A stretch of 64,000 nt of DNA from the NCBI GenBank assembly GCA_964612675.1, contig CAZTDD010000012.1, positions 10,617 through 74,616 on the forward strand, written 5' to 3'. Position numbers and translations under genes: made by a program. The notes beneath the pieces were generated by a model, which was not told the DNA's origin, made no database searches, and saw only the letters and a program-made list of their open reading frames with translations. The stretch is from an uncultured bacterium (lineage in GTDB: Bacteria; Hinthialibacterota; Hinthialibacteria; Hinthialibacterales; JAKPRU01). Each line of letters begins with the position of its first letter. Position 1 is the first letter of the stretch. Positions 57,006 to 64,000 of the stretch are shown piece by piece.

Positions 57006-57941
57006 ATGAAAGGTCGAAAATGTCTGGTTACAGGTGGTGCGGGGTTTATCGGCTCCCATATTGTCGATGCGTTGATTGCTGAAGGCTGCTCGGTAGCGGT
57101 GATTGACAATCTTTCATCCGGTCGGCGCGAGAATCTGAATTCCGAAGCCCGACTCTACGAGGTCGATATTCTCGATTCTATGGACGAGGTCTTCGAAAAG
57201 GAACGCCCCGAGGTGCTTTTCCATCTCGCCGCGCAAATCAGCGTATCTCGCTCGACACGTGAGCCGGATTTCGACGCTCGTACCAACGTGGAGGGCAGCA
57301 TAAATGTCCTCCAACAGTGTGTCCGAGGCGGTGTTGCGCGTGTAGTCTATGCGTCCTCCGCTGCTGTGTATGGTGAGCCTCCCGAGCTGCCGCTCCGTGA
57401 GGACCAGGTTGTATATCCTTTATCTCCCTATGGAATCAGCAAATATGTTGTCGAGTACTATCTCTACTATTATCGGAAATCGGCCGACCTGGATTACGTT
57501 GCTCTCCGATTTGCGAACGTCTACGGTCCGCGGCAGGATCCCCACGGGGAGGCCGGTGTGGTAGCCATTTACAGTGAGAGGTTTCTCGGGGGCGAGGAGG
57601 CGGTCATCTTCGGTGACGGCCGTCAGACAAGAGATTTTGTGTATGTTGAGGATCTTGCACAGGCGAATCTTCTCGCCGCCGACGCAGAGATACCCGATGA
57701 CGTCCTGCCCGTCTTCAACGTCAGTTCCGGTCGGCAAACCGAGATCAATGAGGTTTTCAAACTGGTTCGAGACTACAGCGGAAGTGCTCAAGAACCGATC
57801 CACCGGCCTCCGCGCGCGGGCGATGTGTATCATTCGTATCTGGCCAACGATTTAGCTCGGAGGTATCTTGGTTGGAGTCCCCAGACTGGTATCGAACAAG
57901 GATTGCGGCAAACGGTCGAGTTTTTCAAGTCTCGCAGTTGA
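57006..57941 (+). CDS. NAD-dependent epimerase/dehydratase (GalE-like extended SDR)
   Basis: LVTGGAGFIGSH, HLAAQ, SSAAVYG, YGISK, NVYGPRQ, QTRDFVYV. Confidence 0.95.
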   Translation: MKGRKCLVTGGAGFIGSHIVDALIAEGCSVAVIDNLSSGRRENLNSEARLYEVDILDSMDEVFEKERPEVLFHLAAQISVSRSTREPDFDARTNVEGSINVLQQCVRGGVARVVYASSAAVYGEPPELPLREDQVVYPLSPYGISKYVVEYYLYYYRKSADLDYVALRFANVYGPRQDPHGEAGVVAIYSERFLGGEEAVIFGDGRQTRDFVYVEDLAQANLLAADAEIPDDVLPVFNVSSGRQTEINEVFKLVRDYSGSAQEPIHRPPRAGDVYHSYLANDLARRYLGWSPQTGIEQGLRQTVEFFKSRS

Positions 57942-57958
57942 CGTTGTGAAGCCGAACC

Positions 57959-57991
57959 GAGGGGCGCAGCGTCTCCCTGTGCCCTCTTTTT
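57959..57991 (+). terminator. Intrinsic terminator
   Basis: gaggggcgcag-cgtctcc-ctgtgccctc followed by ttttt, after the epimerase stop. Confidence 0.65.
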
Positions 57992-58349
57992 GGCCATTCT
58001 TCAACTTCTTCAGTGGAATAAGCTTAACACACCCGTTTCTGCGGGATATACTCTCTATGCTGGTTGATTATTCGCTTGCATTGCGTAAGGATCAACGACA
58101 TTCTATGTTTCGCAAGAAATGTCTCAGGATCAACAGCAGGGGCTAGTTGCTTAAAGAACAGAAAACAACATCTTGAACCCGTTCGGCGGCTGCCGAACGA
58201 TCAATGCGTTACAGAAAACACCAAATTGGGCAAGTCCGGTACGTTGAGTCATTCTCCGAAACGTATTAACACACTGAACTTCAATGACTTGCTGAACCAC
58301 ACCTCCGTGACTACTCCAGTTTCGGAGCAAGCCCGAGGAGGAGATCGGT

Positions 58350-58832
58350 ATGACCTATGACGAAACCACGGACGTAGCAGCGAGCCGAGGTGACATCCAT
58401 CAGTACGTGAGTTTTCTTCTTAGCGAAGAAGAGTACGGTATCGATATTCTCAGAGTCCAAGAGATCATTCGATTTGCCGAATTGACTCGCATCCCCCAAT
58501 CGCCACCGTTCATCGAGGGCGTGCTGAACTTACGCGGCAAAGTCGTCCCCGTGATGGATCTCCGAACTCGATTCTCGTTACCCAAGGGCGAACGCGACCG
58601 AAGTACACGGATTATCGTAGTGGATGTATTCAACAAGGTGATGGGAATGATCGTGGATGCCGTCTCCGAAGTGCTTCAGATTGAAGAAGAACAGATCGCC
58701 CCGCCTCCCCCGATGGGAGCTTCGATTGACTCGGAATACATACGGGGTATGGCCAAAATCGATGACCGGCTCATGATTCTGCTTGACGTCGATAAGATAC
58801 TCAGTACTGAGGAACTTGCGTCTCTTGAGTAA
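58350..58832 (+). CDS. cheW: Chemotaxis coupling protein CheW
   Basis: EEYGIDILRVQEI, GVLNLRGKVVPVMDLR, GMIVDAVSEV. Confidence 0.96.
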   Translation: MTYDETTDVAASRGDIHQYVSFLLSEEEYGIDILRVQEIIRFAELTRIPQSPPFIEGVLNLRGKVVPVMDLRTRFSLPKGERDRSTRIIVVDVFNKVMGMIVDAVSEVLQIEEEQIAPPPPMGASIDSEYIRGMAKIDDRLMILLDVDKILSTEELASLE

Positions 58833-58910
58833 ATCTCGATCCAAGATAAATCAGTATTATCCAGCAGTCCTCATGACGGACTGTCTTCATGTGAGGAAGG
58901 ATCTCCTGTA

Positions 58911-59780
58911 GTGGCTTTGACGCACCAGAACCGACAAATGAGCCAGGGGGAATTCAAAAAGTTCCGCGATTTGATTTATCGTGAGTGCCGGATTTCGCTC
59001 GGCCCCCACAAGAAGATGCTGGTAATGAATCGCTTCGCAAAGCGTCTTCGGGAGCTCAATCTCAACTCGTACGGCGAATACTACGATTACGTTACGTCAC
59101 CTGAAGGGCGCAAAAAAGAACTGGCGAAGATGGTGGACGCAATAACAACGAACACCACTCAGTTCTTCCGCGAGGCAAAGCAGTTTGAGTTCATGAATCA
59201 GGTTGTTTGGCCGGAGTTTCTCGGCGAACCGCAGCGATTCTCCTCGAACACGATGCGCATGATGCGCATATGGAGCAGCGCTTGCTCGACAGGCGAGGAA
59301 CCGTACACCATCGCCATATCCGCAAAAGAGGCTCTCGCACGGATGCCGGGACATCAGGTTCGCATCCTGGCGACGGACATTAGCGACTCAGCGCTCGACA
59401 CCGCCCGGCAGGGTGTTTATGCCGATGACAAAGTGCGCAATATCCAGAAGCAGCTGCTGTATCGGTACTTCCTGAAGGGGAACGATCGGGTGAAGGTCAA
59501 GCCTGAACTGCAGCAAATGGTCGAATTCAGGAAACTGAATCTGAATGACCCTTTCCATCTAAAACTGCGAGACTTCCACATCGTTTTCTGTCGGAATGTG
59601 ATCATTTATTTCGATCGTCAGACCCAAGAGGAACTCATGAGGAAATATTTCCAGGTGCTTCGTCCAGGAGGCTACCTGTTTCTCGGCCATTCGGAGACCC
59701 TGCATGGAATGGGAACCGAATTCGATTTCGTTATGGCCTCCGTGTACCGGAAGCCCACGCAGGCAACAGAGCGGAGATAG
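58911..59780 (+). CDS. cheR: Chemotaxis methyltransferase CheR
   Basis: TTNTTQFFRE, WSSACSTGEEPYT, ATDIS, FCRNVIIYFD, LFLGHSE. Confidence 0.96.
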   Translation: MALTHQNRQMSQGEFKKFRDLIYRECRISLGPHKKMLVMNRFAKRLRELNLNSYGEYYDYVTSPEGRKKELAKMVDAITTNTTQFFREAKQFEFMNQVVWPEFLGEPQRFSSNTMRMMRIWSSACSTGEEPYTIAISAKEALARMPGHQVRILATDISDSALDTARQGVYADDKVRNIQKQLLYRYFLKGNDRVKVKPELQQMVEFRKLNLNDPFHLKLRDFHIVFCRNVIIYFDRQTQEELMRKYFQVLRPGGYLFLGHSETLHGMGTEFDFVMASVYRKPTQATERR

Positions 59781-59792
59781 AGAGGGAAGATA

Positions 59793-61886
59793 ATGGAATT
59801 CGACAGTAACCAGTACATCGATTTGTTCTACCAGGATGCAGAAGAACATCTTGAGATTATGAACGAGGCCCTTCTGAATCTTGAACAGGACCGGACCAAT
59901 CGTGAACCTCTTCAGGAGTTATTCAGAGCCGCGCATACGATGAAATCCTCGTCGGCGATGGTCGGCTTCATGCATATCAGCGAGTTCACGCATACCATGG
60001 AAGATGTGCTGTCTCAGCTCCGCGACGGTAAAGTTCCTGTGACCGAGAACGTTACAGACATTCTGTTCCAGTGCTTCGATCTCCTCAGAGAGATGATGGC
60101 GAGTTTGGGCGATGGGACGACGGAAGGCAAAAAGAACGAGATCAAGAAACTGACAACTTCGACGGTGTCGAATCTACAGGCCATTATGGGGATGTCGAGC
60201 CCGGTCGAGTCGCAGTCAGAAGAAAAACCGCGGGCGCCGCGGATTAAGCTGTCCGACACGGATCGCAGCCGTATCGAGGAATCCCGTCTTGCCGGGCAGA
60301 GAATATTTGAGGTTGAAGTCATTTTTGACGACGATATCCCCATGGCCGCAACCCGTGCTTTTTTGATATGCAACAATGTGAGGTCGTTGGGAGAAATCAT
60401 CGTCTGTGATCCCGATGTGGAGAACGATGAAGAGGTAGAAGTTGATGCAGGCTTTTCATTTATACTCGCCAGTCAAGCTGCCGCGGAGGAAATCCAGGAG
60501 AAAGCGTCAATCGGTCAGGTACGGGACGTGGTGGTTCGCGATGTGACCGATGCCGAGCAATTCGAGTGGCCCGAGCAACAGCAAGCGGAGGAGCAGGTGC
60601 AACCGGCGGCGTCCGAGAATGGCGGTTCCCCCGCGCAACCGGATGCAGAGAATGACGCAAAGACCTCGTTTGATCGAAGAGAGGATCGTTCGAGGAGCCG
60701 TACCGTCCGTGTCGACATCGGCAAACTGGACCGACTTCTCGATTTAGCCGGAGAATTGGTCATCAACCGTGGTAGAGCGTTGGAACTAGGTCAGAACCTT
60801 GTGCTGAAAAGCGGAAATACAGGTGACGAAAGCTCGCTGCTCGACAGCATCGTGCAGCAAGGTATGATCATTACCCAACTTCAAGAAGCCATCATGGAAT
60901 CCCGTATGGTGCCGATCGGTCAGGTTTTTGCCCGATTCCGGCGCGTGGTGCGGGATCTCTCTCACGGTCGAGGGAAACAGGTCAATCTTGTCGTAGAGGG
61001 GGAAGAAACCGAACTGGATAAGAAGATTGTCGACGTAATCGGCGATCCTCTTACTCATATGATCCGAAACTCGGTGGACCACGGTATCGAGGCCCCAAGC
61101 GATCGGCTCGAAGCGGGGAAGCCTGAGACCGGAACCCTGCGGCTTGCCGCCTCTCACGAGGGCAATTCCATTATCATACAAGTTCAAGACGATGGTCGTG
61201 GCTTGGATCTGGAGCGGATTAAGCAGAAAGCAATCGATCGCGGCCTGTACACCGAGGAATCGGCCGCTCAGCTGTCGCCCCGTGAACTCACTCAGGTCAT
61301 CTTCCAGGCCGGTTTCTCGACCGCCAAAGAGGTGACCGATATCTCTGGACGCGGTGTCGGCATGGACGTTGTGCGCCGGACCATCGATGAACTGGGCGGC
61401 ACCGTCGAAATCGACACCGAAGTCGGGAAGGGCTCGACATTCACGATTCGACTTCCCCTGACTCTAGCGATCATTCAAGCTTTGTTGATCGAGACGGGGA
61501 GTGAGCTTTTCGCGCTTCCCATCGCCAATGTGACGGAGACTCTTCGGGTTACCAACGATGACATCTTCACCGTTGAGGGGAGGGGAGAGGTGATTCGTCT
61601 CCGCGAATCCGTGGTTCCCGTCCTCCGTTTGGACAGGGTGCTCGACTCGCCGAACCAAGGGCAATCCGAGAACGGACGCATCTATATCGCGATAGTTCGT
61701 CATGGAACTCAGGAGGTCGGTCTCATTGTGGACCGAATGGTCAGCGAGCAGGAAGTGGTCATCAAATCGCTTGGTGGACAAGGGCAAAAAGCCAATTTCA
61801 TCGCAGGTGCTTCTATATTGGGTAATGGGAAGGTTATTCTGATTCTGGACGTGGCGTCTCTCGTCCAAGAAACTTTGGGAGTCTGA
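59793..61886 (+). CDS. cheA: Chemotaxis histidine kinase CheA (P1-P2-P3-P4-P5)
   Basis: FRAAHTMKSS, LDRLLDLAGELVI, HMIRNSVDHGIE, SGRGVGMDVV, LPLTLAII. Confidence 0.97.
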   Translation: MEFDSNQYIDLFYQDAEEHLEIMNEALLNLEQDRTNREPLQELFRAAHTMKSSSAMVGFMHISEFTHTMEDVLSQLRDGKVPVTENVTDILFQCFDLLREMMASLGDGTTEGKKNEIKKLTTSTVSNLQAIMGMSSPVESQSEEKPRAPRIKLSDTDRSRIEESRLAGQRIFEVEVIFDDDIPMAATRAFLICNNVRSLGEIIVCDPDVENDEEVEVDAGFSFILASQAAAEEIQEKASIGQVRDVVVRDVTDAEQFEWPEQQQAEEQVQPAASENGGSPAQPDAENDAKTSFDRREDRSRSRTVRVDIGKLDRLLDLAGELVINRGRALELGQNLVLKSGNTGDESSLLDSIVQQGMIITQLQEAIMESRMVPIGQVFARFRRVVRDLSHGRGKQVNLVVEGEETELDKKIVDVIGDPLTHMIRNSVDHGIEAPSDRLEAGKPETGTLRLAASHEGNSIIIQVQDDGRGLDLERIKQKAIDRGLYTEESAAQLSPRELTQVIFQAGFSTAKEVTDISGRGVGMDVVRRTIDELGGTVEIDTEVGKGSTFTIRLPLTLAIIQALLIETGSELFALPIANVTETLRVTNDDIFTVEGRGEVIRLRESVVPVLRLDRVLDSPNQGQSENGRIYIAIVRHGTQEVGLIVDRMVSEQEVVIKSLGGQGQKANFIAGASILGNGKVILILDVASLVQETLGV

Positions 61887-62476
61887 TGGACCGAACCACT
61901 CTGGAAAACATACAGTCGATTTTTGAAGAAAGCGCTGCACAGGCCGGCGAAACGATGGGAATGATGATCGGCCAAAAACTGGAGATCCGTGTGAATCGCG
62001 TCGTCGAAGTCCCGTTTCAGGATCTCTATGAAGGGCTATATCCGCCGGACACGCCGCTCGCAATGATTGTTGTCCGAATCACCGGGCAAAACAGCGGATA
62101 CATTCTCTTCCTGATGTTCGAAGAAAACGCAAAGAAACTAAACGAGCTGCTGTGGAATGAGATATCTTTCGAAGATGGCGTAGTCAATCTGTCGAATATC
62201 TCCGCGTTGAAAGAACTGGCCAATGTCGTCGGCAGCTGTTTCTTGAACACATTGGCCAATCGTGTGGGCATCGAATTGCGACCCACGGAGCCTATCGCAT
62301 TGTACGATATGCTCGCTGCTGTTTTGGAGGGACTGATCGTGGAGCAGAGCCTTGTCTCGGATAAGGCCATCCTGATCGACACCAATATGGCTGAACAGCA
62401 AAGGGGGATCGGTGTCCATTTCCTCTTTTTGCCGTCTCCCGGATTGGTGGATTCCATTGCCAATGGGTTGAACTAA
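61886..62476 (+). CDS. cheC: Chemotaxis phosphatase CheC
   Basis: SALKELANVVGSCFLNTLA; position in the che operon. Confidence 0.88.
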   Translation: MDRTTLENIQSIFEESAAQAGETMGMMIGQKLEIRVNRVVEVPFQDLYEGLYPPDTPLAMIVVRITGQNSGYILFLMFEENAKKLNELLWNEISFEDGVVNLSNISALKELANVVGSCFLNTLANRVGIELRPTEPIALYDMLAAVLEGLIVEQSLVSDKAILIDTNMAEQQRGIGVHFLFLPSPGLVDSIANGLN

Positions 62477-62964
62477 TGACGTCCGATGTCCTTCCCCAGA
62501 AAAACCTGGGTATCGGTGAGATCTACGTAACCACAGATGCGGAGATTATCTCGACCGTGCTCGGGTCGTGTGTGAGTGTCTGTCTGTATGACGCAAAGAA
62601 CAATGTGTCCGGCATGAATCACCATATGCTTCCAACAGTCCCTCCTTCGTCGAAAGCCCGCGATGACCAGGAGGGGAAATATGGTGAGACGGCGTTGCCC
62701 GAATTGCTAAGACGAATGAGACAGCGCGGGATGAACCCCGGATCGACAACGGCAAAGATCTTTGGGGGCGCCAAAATGCTGTCTCAATTGTCGTTTGGAC
62801 TTATCAGTGAGCGAAATGTTACTGTGGCTCGCGATATCCTTCGCCAGCACGGAATACGGATTGTGGCCGAGGACGTCGGCGGCGAGCGCGGACGGAAAAT
62901 CCTCTTCAAAACGGATTCCGGAAAAGTCCTGGTCAAGGAGGTGGCCAAACGTGAATTTCTTTGA
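62476..62964 (+). CDS. cheD: Chemoreceptor glutamine deamidase CheD
   Basis: TVLGSCVSVCLYD, GMNHHMLP, KYG, AKIFGGA, AEDVGG. Confidence 0.95.
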   Translation: MTSDVLPQKNLGIGEIYVTTDAEIISTVLGSCVSVCLYDAKNNVSGMNHHMLPTVPPSSKARDDQEGKYGETALPELLRRMRQRGMNPGSTTAKIFGGAKMLSQLSFGLISERNVTVARDILRQHGIRIVAEDVGGERGRKILFKTDSGKVLVKEVAKREFL

Positions 62965-63236
62965 TACCGGTTTCAATTGCGAGGAGGCGCCCTCGGAAGA
63001 TATGCTTTTTGCCGTGCTGTTCACGTTCCTATGCGCCCCCTTTGCGGATCTTGCGACCGCTATCGCGAGTTCTCAGCCGGCCGTGTCGGCGATAGGAATG
63101 AGGAAGGAGCCGCTGGTCCAGGAGTCCAACTCCTGGACCGGCAACTTCTTTCTCACGAGAAGGAAAGAACCGACAGGCGATCGGTTACGTTTCGCACGTT
63201 GCTTCGCCAAACTCGATCGTATTCGGCTTGGTTGTT

Positions 63237-63593
63237 ATGGCTAAGATTCTGGTAGTCGATGATTCTTACTTTATGCGAATCGCCCTCCGTGGAATCCTGA
63301 AGTCGGAAAATCACACTGTGATTGAAGCCGAAGATGGGGACCAGGCGGTCGAAATGTACCGACAGGAAGAACCGGATCTGGTCACTATGGATATTACCAT
63401 GCCGAATAAGGACGGAATCGAGGCTGCCCATGAAATCCTGGCCGAGTATCCGTCTGCAAAGATCGTCATGGTCAGCGCTCTGGACCAGGAGACCCTGGTC
63501 AAGAAAGTGTTACAAGCAGGTGTTTCTGAGTTCCTTGTGAAGCCCTTTAAGCCGGAACAAGTCCTGGGTGTCGTTGACCGGCTTCTGGGGTGA
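63237..63593 (+). CDS. cheY: Chemotaxis response regulator CheY
   Basis: KILVVDDSYFMR, VTMDITMP..DG, MVSAL, FLVKPF. Confidence 0.93.
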   Translation: MAKILVVDDSYFMRIALRGILKSENHTVIEAEDGDQAVEMYRQEEPDLVTMDITMPNKDGIEAAHEILAEYPSAKIVMVSALDQETLVKKVLQAGVSEFLVKPFKPEQVLGVVDRLLG

Positions 63594-63770
63594 CGATTGA
63601 GCGAGATACGTTTGTTTCGCGGAAATCTCTCCTCTGGGAGAATCTTCCTCCAAGAAGATCCTTTTAGAGGATCGGTTCTCGCTCACTGAGGGATTGGACT
63701 TATGCGGTCGGCTTACGAAAGCCCAGGTCGCAGAAATACGTGGAAAAGAAAGGCCTTTGACTGAGTTGCG

Positions 63771-64000
63771 ATGGTTCAGAAGAATACAATTCGTGTCTTG
63801 ATTGTGGATGATTCCGTCATGGTTCGGAAGATTCTGTCCGATCTGCTCGGGCAGGATCCCAGCATCGAAGTGGTAGGAACAGCTTCGGACGGCGCTTTCG
63901 CCCTGCATAAAGTGAAGACGTTGCAGCCTGATGTCGTCACATTGGACGTGGAAATGCCGAAAAAGAGCGGGCTTGAGCTCTTGCCGGAATTGATGGCTGC
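63771..64000 (+). CDS. cheB: Chemotaxis methylesterase/response regulator CheB, 3'-truncated by window edge
   Basis: Read manually: MVQKNTIRVLIVDDSVMVRKILSDLLGQDPSIEVVGTASDG...PDVVTLDVEMP. Confidence 0.9.
   Translation, partial: MVQKNTIRVLIVDDSVMVRKILSDLLGQDPSIEVVGTASDGAFALHKVKTLQPDVVTLDVEMPKKSGLELLPELMA

Noticed and set aside
58228-58270. c-di-GMP-I riboswitch upstream of cheW
   Set aside because: gggcaag resembles the start only; the GNRA-capped stem and GACGCAAAGC/CTAA elements are absent.

Overview
A gene-dense chromosomal window from what appears to be a diderm, probably anaerobic or facultative, glycan-degrading bacterium. The lineage is not identifiable with confidence. The many Tat-exported oxidoreductases/sulfatase and the orphan GspG-like prepilin suggest a PVC-like or candidate-phylum organism (inference). 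I found no rRNA, tRNA, CRISPR array, prophage or intact IS. Main blocks: (1) 5'-truncated GT-C/DUF2298/NHL fusion, ridA, gnd and an FAD oxidoreductase; (2) a 610-bp relic of mrr plus DUF433; (3) glycan-related beta-propeller, SGNH and sialidase-like genes; (4) an atypical hemerythrin divergent from a rearranged Hmc/DsrMKJOP-like redox complex (HmcF/DsrK-, HmcE/DsrM-, HmcB- and HmcC-like), in which the NrfD subunit is fused to a six-CxxCH cytochrome c. It has a pseudoknot-capable leader and is followed by a 7x40-bp tandem repeat, a Cys-PAS kinase and two lone receivers; (5) Ogl-like protein, sulfatase, Gfo/Idh/MocA, beta-helix, URO-D-family, prepilin and ThuA genes; (6) a four-gene signalling cascade headed by a heme-c (DUF3365) kinase; (7) an envelope glycosylation cluster around aroQ and an M24 peptidase; (8) a cheW-R-A-C-D-Y-B operon, cut at the right edge. 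Three families of dispersed palindromic (REP-like) elements occur in intergenic gaps. All family assignments come from motif recognition by eye; no database search was run.
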